Of a stretch of 64,000 nucleotides of DNA, positions 18,943-31,902 are shown piece by piece; position 1 is the first letter of the stretch; each line of letters starts with the position of its first letter. The notes under the pieces are model-generated. The model was not told the DNA's origin. It saw nothing but the letters and a program-made list of their open reading frames with translations, and searched no databases. The DNA is from Gemmatimonadota bacterium. Lineage in GTDB: Bacteria > JAAXHH01. The stretch covers positions 19,173-83,172 of the forward strand of contig VXRC01000025.1 in assembly GCA_009838645.1 (NCBI GenBank). Reading direction: 5' to 3'. The translations under genes were made by a program, and so were the position numbers.

Positions 18943-19740
18943 CTACCCGATCACCGTGCCCGCGCCGCGCAGGGCCGCCGTGACCGGTTCGGGTATCCGG
19001 CCGTCCCCCAGGATCACCTGGTCCACGCCGACCTCCAGCGCCTCCTTCGCGCCGAGCAGCTTCTTCTTCATGCGGTCCCTGGCGTGGGTCGCGATCGCTT
19101 CGTCGATTTCGTCCCGGGATATCCGGGGTATCAGTGTCTCCTCGTCATCCGCATCCTCCAGGAACCCCGGCGTGTTGGAGAGGATGACCAGCCGTTCCGC
19201 GCCGAGGGCGTCGGCGATCACGGCGGCCGCGCGGTCCCCGTCAATGTTGATCATCTCGCCTTCGTAGCTGATGGCGGGGGGACTGACGACGGGCAGATAA
19301 CCCTGGTCGAGGAGCGTGGTCAGGAGCGACACGTTCGCCCTTTCGACCCGGCCGGTGTAGTCGTCCCGCAGGATCTTCGTCCTGCCGTCCTCCACGATGC
19401 GGATATTGGGTTTCCGGCGGCCCTCGAGCAGGCGGCCGTCCACGCCGCTCAGGCCGACGGCGTTGACCCCGAGCTGCTGCAGTTTCTCGACGATGCGGGT
19501 GTTGCGCTTTCCGCAGTACACCATGGTGAAGATGTCCAGTGTTTCCTGATCGGTGACCCGGCTCGTGTATCCCGACGGCGACGTGACCATGCGGGGCGGC
19601 TTGCCCAGCTGCTCGGAGATCTGGTTCAATTCGTCGGAAGCGCCGTGCACCAGCACCAGCGGCTCGGTCTGCCGGGCGAGGTCTTCCAGGACGTAATCCA
19701 GGTTGATGCCCCGGCTTCCGCCCGTCTTCACCACGATCAT
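18943..19740 (-). CDS. lysZ: [LysW]-aminoadipate kinase
   Basis: VVKTGGS, LVHGAS, SPSGYTSRVTD, NIDGDRAAA. Confidence 0.92.
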   Translation of the reverse strand: MIVVKTGGSRGINLDYVLEDLARQTEPLVLVHGASDELNQISEQLGKPPRMVTSPSGYTSRVTDQETLDIFTMVYCGKRNTRIVEKLQQLGVNAVGLSGVDGRLLEGRRKPNIRIVEDGRTKILRDDYTGRVERANVSLLTTLLDQGYLPVVSPPAISYEGEMINIDGDRAAAVIADALGAERLVILSNTPGFLEDADDEETLIPRISRDEIDEAIATHARDRMKKKLLGAKEALEVGVDQVILGDGRIPEPVTAALRGAGTVIG

Positions 19741-21008
19741 TCAGCATTCCCTTCCTTAACGGCGGTCACGGCCTCCGGCCGGGGCACGGACGCCTGGGTG
19801 CTGTCCGCCATGCGCCGGATCATCACGACGCCGTTTCTCACCTCTTCTTCGCCGAGGATCAGGGTATAGGCGGCGCCGAGGCGGTCGGCCTGTCTCATCT
19901 GGGCCTTCAGGCTCCGGTCCTCCCACAGTGCCGTCGCGCCTACGCCGGCCGCGCGCAGCTCCTGCGCCAGGACCACCGCGGCAGACTTGGCCTCCGCACC
20001 GAGATAGGCGACGAATACCCGCGGCTTCGGCACCCCGGGAGGCTCGATCCCCTCCTGCTTCATCGTGAGTATGATGCGTTCGATGCCCGAGGCGAATCCG
20101 ATCGCCGGCGTCTCGGGACCGCCGACCATGCCGATCAGCCCGTCGTAGCGGCCGCCGCCGCATACCGCGTTCTGCGCCCCGATGCCCTCGGCCCAAACCT
20201 CGAACACGGTCTTCGTATAGTAGTCGAAACCCCGCACCAGGCGATGGTTGACCTGGTAGGGCCGCCCCAGGTCGTCCAGGTAGGACCTCAACTTGCCGAA
20301 GTGGCTTTCGCATTCGTCGCACAGGGAATCCGCGATCCGCGGCGCTTCGTCCGCGATCGCGCGGCAGGTCTCGTTCTTGCAGTCCAGCAGCCGGAGCGGG
20401 TTCTGCTCGTAGCGGCGCGCGCATTCGCCGCAGATCCCGTCCAGGCGCTCCGCGTACCAGGCCCGCAGCGTTTCGATGTATCCCGGACGGCACGCCGGGC
20501 ACCCCGTGCTGTTCACCTGGAAGGACAGGTTCTTGATGCCGACCGCTTCGTAGATCTGCCAGGCGACCTGCATGACCTCGAGATCGATTGCCGGGTCCTG
20601 GCTGCCCAGCACTTCCACGTCGATCTGGTAGAACTGGCGGTACCGGCCCGCCTGGGGACGCTCGTACCGGAAGGCCGGACCGATGGTGAAGAGCCGCAGG
20701 GGCTGGGGCCGGCCGTGCAGCTTGCGCTCCGCGTAGGCCCGGCAGATCCCGGCGGTGAACTCGGGGCGCAGGGTCATTCGCTCCTCGTTGCGGTCGAGGA
20801 AGGTGTACATCTCTTTCTCGACGATGTCGGTGGATTCGCCGACGCTCCGTTCGAAGAGGCCGGTCTGCTCGAAGACCGGCACGTCGATCTGCTCGTAGCC
20901 GAAGAGTTCGCAGACCCGGCGCGTGGTCTCGGTGACGTGGCGCCAGTGGGCCTGGTCTTCGGGCAGGATGTCGTAGGTGCCTCTCGGTGCCCTGTAGTTC
21001 ATATTCAT
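19737..21008 (-). CDS. hisS: Histidine--tRNA ligase
   Basis: APRGTYD, LRPEFTA, FRYERPQAGRYRQFYQ, LVRGFDYY, GGGRYDGL, anticodon-binding domain present (so not HisZ); ATGA overlap with lysZ. Confidence 0.96.
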   Translation of the reverse strand: MNMNYRAPRGTYDILPEDQAHWRHVTETTRRVCELFGYEQIDVPVFEQTGLFERSVGESTDIVEKEMYTFLDRNEERMTLRPEFTAGICRAYAERKLHGRPQPLRLFTIGPAFRYERPQAGRYRQFYQIDVEVLGSQDPAIDLEVMQVAWQIYEAVGIKNLSFQVNSTGCPACRPGYIETLRAWYAERLDGICGECARRYEQNPLRLLDCKNETCRAIADEAPRIADSLCDECESHFGKLRSYLDDLGRPYQVNHRLVRGFDYYTKTVFEVWAEGIGAQNAVCGGGRYDGLIGMVGGPETPAIGFASGIERIILTMKQEGIEPPGVPKPRVFVAYLGAEAKSAAVVLAQELRAAGVGATALWEDRSLKAQMRQADRLGAAYTLILGEEEVRNGVVMIRRMADSTQASVPRPEAVTAVKEGNAE

Positions 21009-21021
21009 CCTATACCGGGTG

Positions 21022-22065
21022 CTAGACCGGGTGGAGGCCCGGAAACTCCAGGCCCGTCCGCTCGTCCCACCCGTGCATGATGTTGAGGGCCTGCACGGCC
21101 TGTCCGGCCGCGCCCTTGACCAGGTTGTCCAGCGCGCCCATGACCACGACCCGGTCGCTGTGCTCGTCGCGCTCGAACCCGATGTCGCAGTAATTGGTCC
21201 CCGCGAGAAACTTCGGATCGGGATACCGGAACACGCCCTGGCGTTCCTTGATGATGCGGATGAAGGGTTCTTTCTCGTAGGCTTCCCGGTAGATTCCCCA
21301 GATATCCCTGTCGGACAGATTGCCGTTTGCGAAAGCGTGCGTGGTCATCAGGATGCCGCGCACCAGTTCGATGGCCGTCGCCGAGAAATGGACCCTGGGC
21401 GCCTGCTCGCCGAAGGTGAGCTCCTGCACGATCTCCGCCGTGTGGCGATGGCCCGTGGGCTTGAAGGACCGCACGGCCCCGCTGCGGTCCGGGTGATGGG
21501 TGGACCGGTCGGCCCGGTGTCCCGCCGCGGAGGAGCCGATCTTGCCCTCCATGAACAGCCGGGAGGGGTCGACGGCGCCGGCCCTGACGAGGGGCGCCAG
21601 CGACAGGATCGCCGTGGCGGCCAGGCACCCGGTGCACGCGACGCATTCGGCGTCCCTGATCTCGTCCCGGTAGAGTTCGGCCAGGCCATACACGAACCGG
21701 CCAAGGACGCCGGGATGGGCATGGGCATGTCCGTACCAGGTCGGATAGTCCGCCGGATCGCGCAGGCGGAAGTCCGCGCTCAGGTCGATGACGCGGGCCG
21801 ACAGGCCGGAGAAGTCGTCCCATCTCTTCATCGCCTCCCCGTGGGGCAGGCACAGGCACAGGACGTCGCAGGGCTCGAGGTCGGCCAAGGCGCCGAACTT
21901 GAGGTCCGTGACCCTCCGAAGGTTCGGATGGGACCGGCCGACGGGCTTGCCCGCGAGCGATTCCGACGTCACCTGCCCGATTTCGATTTCCGGGTGGAAC
22001 AGGAGCAGGCGGAGCAGTTCCCCACCGCCGTATCCGGACGCGCCGGCGATAGACACCTTGATCAT
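21022..22065 (-). CDS. lysY: [LysW]-aminoadipyl-phosphate reductase (ArgC family)
   Basis: [42 protein letters not shown]. Confidence 0.92.
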   Translation of the reverse strand: MIKVSIAGASGYGGGELLRLLLFHPEIEIGQVTSESLAGKPVGRSHPNLRRVTDLKFGALADLEPCDVLCLCLPHGEAMKRWDDFSGLSARVIDLSADFRLRDPADYPTWYGHAHAHPGVLGRFVYGLAELYRDEIRDAECVACTGCLAATAILSLAPLVRAGAVDPSRLFMEGKIGSSAAGHRADRSTHHPDRSGAVRSFKPTGHRHTAEIVQELTFGEQAPRVHFSATAIELVRGILMTTHAFANGNLSDRDIWGIYREAYEKEPFIRIIKERQGVFRYPDPKFLAGTNYCDIGFERDEHSDRVVVMGALDNLVKGAAGQAVQALNIMHGWDERTGLEFPGLHPV

Positions 22066-22901
22066 GATTGGGCCACCTTTACCAGATAATCGATGATTCG
22101 GCCGGGAATGTCCACGCCCGTCGGTTGTATGCTGTTCCGGAATTCCATGGTGTAGTTGACCTCGTTGACCAGGATCCCGTCCGGCGATTCCAGCAGGTCG
22201 ACGGCCACCACGCCGCCACCCACCGCTTCCGCGGCGCGGGCGGAAAGCATCCCCACGTCACCCTCCACGGGACAGTCGGCCGTCGTCCCGCCCAGGGCGG
22301 TGTTGGTCTTCCAGTGGTCCGAGTACCGGTAGACGGCGCAGATGGTCTCGCCGTCGACCACGAAGGATCGGATATCGCGGCCGGGCTTCTCCACGTACTC
22401 CTGGATGTAGATCACCGAATGCTGATAGGACCCCAGCGTCTCCTTGTGCTCGAGCACCGCTTCGGCGGCATGACGGTCGTTGACCCGCGCGATGAGGCGC
22501 CCCCACGAACCGATGGGCGGCTTGACCACGACGGGATAGCCCATGGATTCCATTTCCTCCAGGGCCGACTCGGCGGTAAACGCGACGCGGGCCTTCGGCG
22601 TGGGCACCCCGTGGTCCACCAGCGCCATGGTCGTCAGGAACTTGTTCCCGCACACGCGGGCCACCTCGTAGTTGTTGACGGTCCTGATGCCGCCGGCGTT
22701 GAGTATCTTCAGCGAGTTGAGGGCCCTGGAATGGTTGATGCACCGCTCGAGTATGACGTCGTGGTCGTACCGGTGGTTCTCCAGGTCGAAGACGATGCGC
22801 CGGTCGTCCAGCCGGTCGAAGACGATACCCCGTTTCGCCGCGGCCTCGAAGAGCATCTTCTGTTCCGTGGAAACGATGGACAGCAGCATGCCGATCTTCA
22901 C
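22062..22901 (-). CDS. lysX: Alpha-aminoadipate--LysW ligase (RimK ATP-grasp), catalytically intact copy
   Basis: [46 protein letters not shown]. Confidence 0.92.
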   Translation of the reverse strand: MKIGMLLSIVSTEQKMLFEAAAKRGIVFDRLDDRRIVFDLENHRYDHDVILERCINHSRALNSLKILNAGGIRTVNNYEVARVCGNKFLTTMALVDHGVPTPKARVAFTAESALEEMESMGYPVVVKPPIGSWGRLIARVNDRHAAEAVLEHKETLGSYQHSVIYIQEYVEKPGRDIRSFVVDGETICAVYRYSDHWKTNTALGGTTADCPVEGDVGMLSARAAEAVGGGVVAVDLLESPDGILVNEVNYTMEFRNSIQPTGVDIPGRIIDYLVKVAQS

Positions 22902-23752
22902 GAGTTGCGTCCCCCCTGTGCCACCGTGTCCGCCACGTAGTCCATGATCTTCCCCGGTATATTGACGCCGGTGACGTCCGATGCGTCCGAAAGCCCGGAC
23001 GGCGGGCCCATCTCCTGTACGAACCAGGCATCCTTCGTGCGAACCATGTCCACCACCGCGATTCCGCCGCCGATCGCCCGGACGGCTGCGACCGCCAGGT
23101 CGTTCAGTTCCTCCGTGACGGGCTCCTGCTTCATCAGGCCGCCGGCGGTGATGGTCCCGATCCAGTGGTGGGTCAGCACCGATACGGCGGCCACCGTCTC
23201 GTCGCCGACCACGTACGCCCTGATGTCGTGTCCGGGCGAATCGATGTGCTTTTGCATGAAGAAGATGGAGTGGTGATAGGCGCCGAGGATGCGTTTGTGC
23301 TCCAGGACCGTCGCCGCCGTATACTTGTCCCCGATCCGGGAAACGAGCTGGCCCTCGGGACCCTCCACGGGCCGGAGGACGACCGGGTACCCCATGTCCT
23401 CCATGGCTTCCAGGGCGGAACGCGGCGTATACGCCACGCGCACTTCCGGCACCGGCACCCCGTTCTCCCGCAAGGCCAGGGACGTCAGCAGCCGGTTCCC
23501 GTACGTCTCCACCACCGGCTGGCGGTTCACCGTCGGAATGCCCCAGTGGTCGAAGACGGTCAGCGCGTACACGGCGCGATGGTGATCGATACAGCGCTCC
23601 AGGACCACGTCCAGGTCCATATGACGCCGATCCAGTTCGAAGACCAGCCGCGTGTTGTCGATCGTCGTCACGTCGATGCCGCGGCGGCCCGCCTCGGCGA
23701 TCAACCGCTTCTCGTCCTTCCTGATACGCGACAGCACGATGCCCAATTCCAT
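22898..23752 (-). CDS. LysX/RimK-like paralog with degenerate ATP-grasp motifs
   Basis: Colinear with lysX but [21 protein letters not shown] and QEMGPP replace the catalytic motifs; start re-called at MELGIV (GGAGG upstream). Confidence 0.82.
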   Translation of the reverse strand: MELGIVLSRIRKDEKRLIAEAGRRGIDVTTIDNTRLVFELDRRHMDLDVVLERCIDHHRAVYALTVFDHWGIPTVNRQPVVETYGNRLLTSLALRENGVPVPEVRVAYTPRSALEAMEDMGYPVVLRPVEGPEGQLVSRIGDKYTAATVLEHKRILGAYHHSIFFMQKHIDSPGHDIRAYVVGDETVAAVSVLTHHWIGTITAGGLMKQEPVTEELNDLAVAAVRAIGGGIAVVDMVRTKDAWFVQEMGPPSGLSDASDVTGVNIPGKIMDYVADTVAQGGRNS

Positions 23753-23831
23753 TAATTCCACGTCCTCCGGGTATCCCGCGTCCTTTCGGATATCCCGCGT
23801 TCCTTGCGCCACATGCAATGGCGCCGAATGC

Positions 23832-23878
23832 AAAAAAAAGAGCCGGCCTCTTCGCTCAATCGAAGAGGAACACGGCTC
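23832..23878 (-). terminator. Rho-independent terminator/attenuator upstream of lysX'
   Basis: Minus strand GAGCCG-tgtt-CCTCTTCG-attgag-CGAAGAGG-c-CGGCTC followed by T8. Confidence 0.88.
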
Positions 23879-23916
23879 CCAACTGTTCCCGTGGTCCCGT
23901 AATCCCTTTCGCAGGA

Positions 23917-23994
23917 TTACCGAGGGGCCCGATGAGCGGACGAACGCAAATCACAATCATGTTTACCATGTTTATGTTTCATTCGTTTGCTCAT
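23917..23994 (-). CDS. Putative Lys/His leader peptide MSKRMKHKHGKHDCDLRSSAHRAPR (25 aa)
   Basis: AAGGA 7 nt before ATG; four Lys (AAA) and four His (CAT) codons; followed by hairpins and a terminator. Confidence 0.7.
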   Translation of the reverse strand: MSKRMKHKHGKHDCDLRSSAHRAPR

Positions 23995-24022
23995 CGTGAT
24001 TTCCTTCCATCCGTCCGCGGGC

Positions 24023-24190
24023 TTACTCTCCCCAGTCTTCCTCTTCTTCCGGTGCCAGCGCGAACTCCAGCGGGTCTACGCTGACCACTTCCAATTCCGC
24101 GCCGCACTCCGGGCACGTGATGATTTCGCCAACCACGACATCATAATCCAGGGTGATCTCGGCGCCACATTCCGGGCAAATCCCGCTCAT
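24023..24190 (-). CDS. lysW: Amino-group carrier protein LysW (55 aa; not in ORF track)
   Basis: [55 protein letters not shown]: two CPEC motifs and C-terminal EDWGE. Confidence 0.97.
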   Translation of the reverse strand: MSGICPECGAEITLDYDVVVGEIITCPECGAELEVVSVDPLEFALAPEEEEDWGE

Positions 24191-24288
24191 GATACCCCCG
24201 TTTTACACAAATGCAGCCTTGGAACGCATCTTTTTCGAAGGTCCATTCACCCTACGGGGAAGGCCTTTCCTCCTCAAAGAACGGACGC

Positions 24289-24316
24289 AATATAGGGTGC
24301 GCGCTAAGGGTGTCAA
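24289..24316 (-). promoter_or_regulatory. sigma70 promoter of the lysW operon
   Basis: Minus strand TTGACA(24316-24311)-16 nt-TATATT(24294-24289). Confidence 0.65.
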
Positions 24317-24325
24317 GCGCTTTTT

Positions 24326-26824
24326 TCAACCCTCCTCGTCGCCGTCCGATCCGGGTGATTCGTCCGTCTCGGAAGTCGCCGGATCGTCCTCTTCGTCGCC
24401 CGGCGTAATCCTGGAAACATCGATCACCCGGTCCCCCTCGCCCAGGTTGATGAGCCGGACGCCCTGAGTGTTCCGGCCGATGGGGCGCAGGTCGCGGACC
24501 GGCAGGCGTATGATGAGGCCGTTCGTGGTAATGATCATCAGCTCGTCTTCGTCGGAGACCGCGTGAATCGACACGACGGGGCCGTTGCGTTCGCTGGTGC
24601 GTATGTTGCTCACGCCCTTGCTGTGGCGGCGGGTCAGCCGGTAGTTCTCGATGTCCGTCCGCTTCCCGTAGCCGTTCTCCGTGACGGACAGCAGCGTGGT
24701 GTCCCGATCCGACGCCAGCATGCCCACGACCCGGTCGCCTTCGCCGAGGCGTATGCCCCGCACCCCCTGAGCGCCGCGGCCCATCGTCCGGACGTCGCTC
24801 TCGTGGAAGCGGACGGCCTGGCCGTTCTGGCTGGCGATGACGATGTCGTTGTCGCCGTCGGTCAGCAGGGCCTCGATGAGGGCGTCGCCCTCGAGGATGT
24901 TCAGCGCCACGATGCCGTTCCGCCGGGGATTCCCATAGGCCGACAGCACGGTTTTCTTAACCAGGCCACCCCGCGTCACCATCAGGATATAATGCTCGTC
25001 GTCGAAGTTCCTGATCGGCAGGAAGGCCGCGATGCTCTCTCCTTGGTCGAGCTGCAGCAGGTTGACGACGGCCTTGCCGCGGGCGGTGCGGCCGGCTTCG
25101 GGGATCTCCCACACCTTGAGCCAGTAGCATTTGCCGCGGTTCGTGAAGAACAGGATGTAGGAGTGGGTCGAGGCGGAGAAGAGGTGCTCGACGAAATCCT
25201 CTTCCCGGGTCTTCATGCCGGTGATCCCCTTGCCGCCGCGGTTCTGGCTGCGGTAGGTGTCCATGGGCAGGCGCTTGACGTAGCCGGCGTGAGATATGGT
25301 GATGACCATTTCCTCGTCGGCGATCAGGTCCTCGATGCTGAGATCGCCCTCGATGTCGATCAGCTCGGTCCGCCGTTCGTCGCCGTAGCGCTCCTTCAGG
25401 TCGATCATCTCGTCCTTGATGATCTGCATCCGCCGTTCCAGGCGCGAGAGGATGTCCCGGTAATCGGCGATCCGCGCGACCAGCTCTTCGTATTCTTCCT
25501 CCAGCTTGTCTCGTTCCAGCCCGGTCAGGCGCTGCAGGCGCATGTCCAGGATGGCCTCGACCTGGGCGCGGGACAGGGCGAACTCGTCTCCCAGGACCTC
25601 CATGGCCTCCTCGCCGGTATGCGATCCGCGGATGACTTCGATCACGCGGTCCACGTTGTCCAGCGCGACGCGCAGGCCTTCCACGATATGAGCCCGCTGC
25701 TCGGCTTTCTCGAGGTCGAAGGTGGTCCGGCGCACCAGCACCTCGTGACGGTGGTCGATGAAGTGCTGGATGCACTCCTTGATGTTCAGGACCCGGGGCC
25801 GCCCGTCCACGAGCGCCAGCATGGTGACGCCGATGGTGGTCTCCAGCGGCGTCATCTTGAAGAGGTGGTTGAGCACGATGTTGCCCGGGATGTCCCGCCG
25901 CACGTCGATGGCGATGCGCATGCCCGACCGGTCCGACTCGTCCCGTATGTCGGTAATGCCCAGGATCTGCTTCTCCCGGACGAGGTCCGCGATCTTCTCG
26001 ATCAGGCTGGACTTGTTGACCTTGTAGGGGATCTCCGTGACGACGATGGTTTCCTTCTCGCTTTGCTCGTGCACCTCGATCGTCGTGCGGGCGCGCACCT
26101 TGATCTTCCCGCGGCCGGTGTGGAAATACTCGTTGATCGCGTTGCGGCCGTAGATGATGGCGCCGGTGGCGAAATCGGGTCCCTGGATGTGCGCGGCGAG
26201 CTCCCCGATCGTGATTTCCGGGTGGTCGATCACCGCCACGATACCGTCCACCACTTCGCCGAGGTTATGGGAAGGGAGGTTGGAGGCCATGCCCACGCCG
26301 ATGCCGAGCGAGCCGTTGCAGAGCAGGTTGGGGAACTTGCCCGGCAGCACGGTCGGCTCGTCTTTCGACTCGTCGTAGTTGGGCATGAAATCGACCGTGT
26401 TCTTGTCTATATCCTCCATCATCTCGATGGCCAGGCGGGACATCCGCGATTCGGTGTACCGCATGGCGCCCGGCGGATCGCCGTCGACGGATCCGAAATT
26501 GCCCTGGCCGAAGACCATGGGGTAGCGCATGCTGAAGGGCTGGGCCATCCGCGCGAGGGTATCGTACACGGCCAGGTCGCCATGGGGGTGGTAGTCCCCG
26601 ATCGTCTGGCCGACGATCTTGGCGCACTTCCGCGTGGGCCGTCCCGGCGTGAGGTTCAGGTCGCGCATCGCCACGAGAATGCGCCGCTGGGACGGCTTGA
26701 ACCCGTCACGGACGTCCGGGATCGCCCGGGACAGGTTCACGCTCATGGAGAAGTCGAGATAGGAACTCTTCATCTCGTCTTCGATGAAGATCGGCTGGAT
26801 GTTGTCGTGTTGTTCTACCGCCAT
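24326..26824 (-). CDS. gyrA: DNA gyrase subunit A
   Basis: RAIPDVRDGFKP, YHPHGD, AMRYTE, GyrA-box QNRGGKG, six-blade C-terminal domain. Confidence 0.97.
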   Translation of the reverse strand: MAVEQHDNIQPIFIEDEMKSSYLDFSMSVNLSRAIPDVRDGFKPSQRRILVAMRDLNLTPGRPTRKCAKIVGQTIGDYHPHGDLAVYDTLARMAQPFSMRYPMVFGQGNFGSVDGDPPGAMRYTESRMSRLAIEMMEDIDKNTVDFMPNYDESKDEPTVLPGKFPNLLCNGSLGIGVGMASNLPSHNLGEVVDGIVAVIDHPEITIGELAAHIQGPDFATGAIIYGRNAINEYFHTGRGKIKVRARTTIEVHEQSEKETIVVTEIPYKVNKSSLIEKIADLVREKQILGITDIRDESDRSGMRIAIDVRRDIPGNIVLNHLFKMTPLETTIGVTMLALVDGRPRVLNIKECIQHFIDHRHEVLVRRTTFDLEKAEQRAHIVEGLRVALDNVDRVIEVIRGSHTGEEAMEVLGDEFALSRAQVEAILDMRLQRLTGLERDKLEEEYEELVARIADYRDILSRLERRMQIIKDEMIDLKERYGDERRTELIDIEGDLSIEDLIADEEMVITISHAGYVKRLPMDTYRSQNRGGKGITGMKTREEDFVEHLFSASTHSYILFFTNRGKCYWLKVWEIPEAGRTARGKAVVNLLQLDQGESIAAFLPIRNFDDEHYILMVTRGGLVKKTVLSAYGNPRRNGIVALNILEGDALIEALLTDGDNDIVIASQNGQAVRFHESDVRTMGRGAQGVRGIRLGEGDRVVGMLASDRDTTLLSVTENGYGKRTDIENYRLTRRHSKGVSNIRTSERNGPVVSIHAVSDEDELMIITTNGLIIRLPVRDLRPIGRNTQGVRLINLGEGDRVIDVSRITPGDEEDDPATSETDESPGSDGDEEG

Positions 26825-26879
26825 GCTTTCCCCTTGAACGTGTTAACCGTGTCGTATCGCGCCGGGCAGGCGCCGGGTA

Positions 26880-29660
<2,781 letters not shown>

Positions 29661-29668
<8 letters not shown>

Positions 29669-30770
29669 AGGGCGTCACCGCGCCTCCGTGGACGCGGAAC
29701 CGGGTGATCCCCCGGCGGTAGTCCCCGATATCGCTTTCCTTGGCCGTCGTAATGAAGGTCTGGCCGTAGGCGGGTACCATTTCCATCAGGCGGTCCGTCC
29801 TGGCGGCGTCGATCTCCGCGAATATATCATCCAGGAGCAGCAGCGGCGGGGCCTGCAGCCGGCGCCACAGAAAGCGGGCTTCCGCCAGCTTCAGGGCCGT
29901 CGCCGCCGTCTTGTGCTGTCCCTGCGAACCGAACGCCTGCAGCGAGACTCCGTTCATCCGGATGGAGAGGTCGTCCCGGTGGGGGCCCACCACCGTCATG
30001 CACCGCGCCCTCTCCCGCGGCTCGGCGCGGTCCAGCGCCTCCTCGAAGGCGTGCTCTACATCGGCGAGGGCCTCGTATTCGAAGGAGGGCGCGTAGTCGA
30101 TCTCGAGGCACTCGTTGTGGTCGCTGACGGCGGCGTGAATGCGGCTGGCTTCTTCCTTCAGGTCCTCGACGACTTCCACCCGCTTTCTCATGATGCGGCA
30201 GCCCAGCGCGACCAGCGGGGCGTTCCAGACCTCCAGTCCCTCCGTCTTGCCCGGCCGCTCCTGGTACGCGCGCAACGCTTCGTTTCGTTGGCGGACCACC
30301 CGCCTGTATTCCTGCAGGGCCGAAAGATACGCCGCGTTGGACTGCGAGATCGCGATGTCGAGGAATCGCCGGCGCGAGCCCGGCGAGCCCTGGACCAGCC
30401 TCCGGTCGTCCGGCGAAATCACGACGGCCGCCAGAATACCGTACAGGTCCGAAAGGTTCCGACGGGGTGATTCGTTTACAAAAACCTTCTTCCCCGACGG
30501 GCGGGCGTACCTGATCTGTACCTCGACCTCCCTGCCCTCCGCGGACCGGCCCTGCCCCTGTATCAGGAAGTGGTCCGCACCCATCCGCACGAGATCCCGG
30601 TCCTGTGCCTCGCGGCAGGACCGGGCCACGCACAGGTAGTATACCGCTTCCAGGAGGTTGGTCTTTCCTTGTCCGTTCGATCCGATGAAAACGTTCGTTT
30701 GTAAATCACAGGACAGCGACAGAGATGCATAATTCCTGAAATGACTGAGGGACAGCCCTAGAAGGTGCAC
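29661..30770 (-). CDS. recF: DNA replication/repair protein RecF
   Basis: FRNY, GSNGQGKTNLLEA, RRRFLD, GPHRDD, GSQGQ, LLLDD. Confidence 0.96.
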
Positions 30771-30771
30771 C

Positions 30772-31902
30772 TTAGCTTTCCGCCTCGGTCGTCCTGAAGG
30801 GCATGATCAGGCACTGGTAGTCCTCGCCCTCCGCTTCTTCCCGGGAGGGGGTGATGATCCCCGCACTGACCGGTGTATCCAGTTTGAAGACCACGTCTTC
30901 GCTCTCGATCCGCTCCACGACGTCGAGGAGGTAGCGGAAATCGTAGGTCGTATCCATGGCTTCACCTTCGTATTCGGCCGGCACTTCTTCCCGGGCCTCG
31001 CCTCCGATATCGTGGCTGAAGGAACTCAGTTCGACGAAACCCGGCCGGAACGAATACCGGATCTGCCGGGTGGTGGGGTTGGACAGCACGGACACGCGGC
31101 GGACCGCGCTTTCGAGCTCCTCGCGGTTAACCTTGACCACCTTGTCGTTGCCCGTGGGAATCACCCGCTCGTAGTCCGGATAGGTCGCTTCGATCAGCCT
31201 GGCGAACAACCGGGCGTTTTCCAGTTCGAACAGGACGTGGTTCTCGCCGATGGTGATCCGGGACGGCGAATCCGATTCCCCGATGAGGCGCGAGAGATTG
31301 TTCAGCGCTTTGGGCGGCACGATGATCCCCTCCGTGGCCGCGTCGGAAACTTCGCAGGGGAGCGTCGTCTTGGCCAGCCGGTGCCCATCGGTGGCCACCA
31401 TCCGGACGGCGCCGAGGCCAATGCGGAGGAACGCGCCCCAGAGACTCGGGTGGATCTCGTCCTTCGATACGGCGTACACCGTCTTCCGGATCAGCCGCTG
31501 CAGCGAAGACGAGGGAATCTCTATGGTCTGTTCGGACGTCACGTCCGGCAGCGCCGGGTACTCATCCTTGCTGATGCCCACCAGGCGGAAAACCCCGCGG
31601 TCACACCGGATGATCACCTTGACCCCGTCCACCTCGATATCCACGGGCGCGTCGGGCAGCTCGCGCACCATTTCCGCAAATTTCCTACCGGGCACCGTGA
31701 TCGATCCCTCCCCCGATATCTGGGCGGGGATCTTCGTCATGATGAATATGTCCAGGTCGGTGGCCCCTATGGTCAGGTGGCCGTCTTCCGTCTCCAGCAG
31801 CATGTTGGACAGGATGGGCAGGGTGGTCTTCGGCGGAACGACATTCAGAACGGTCTGTATACCGCTCATCAGGGTGGAACTGGACGGAATGGTGATTTTC
31901 AC
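30772..31902 (-). CDS. dnaN: DNA polymerase III beta clamp
   Basis: TLPILSN, ATDLD, VATDGHRL, YPDYERVIP, LIMP. Confidence 0.96.
   Translation of the reverse strand: MKITIPSSSTLMSGIQTVLNVVPPKTTLPILSNMLLETEDGHLTIGATDLDIFIMTKIPAQISGEGSITVPGRKFAEMVRELPDAPVDIEVDGVKVIIRCDRGVFRLVGISKDEYPALPDVTSEQTIEIPSSSLQRLIRKTVYAVSKDEIHPSLWGAFLRIGLGAVRMVATDGHRLAKTTLPCEVSDAATEGIIVPPKALNNLSRLIGESDSPSRITIGENHVLFELENARLFARLIEATYPDYERVIPTGNDKVVKVNREELESAVRRVSVLSNPTTRQIRYSFRPGFVELSSFSHDIGGEAREEVPAEYEGEAMDTTYDFRYLLDVVERIESEDVVFKLDTPVSAGIITPSREEAEGEDYQCLIMPFRTTEAES

Noticed and set aside
19737-21008. HisZ instead of HisS
   Set aside because: It retains the full catalytic motifs and the C-terminal anticodon-binding domain.
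23857-23970. Alternative-frame ORF MVNMIVICVRPL... resembling an Ile/Val leader
   Set aside because: It has no Shine-Dalgarno, runs into the terminator and does not match the downstream gene content; the K/H frame has an RBS.
24203-24250. Second Lys-containing mini-ORF (MNGPSKKMRSKAAFV) upstream of lysW
   Set aside because: The GAGGAGG is 18 nt from the GTG and no terminator follows; not supportable as a leader.
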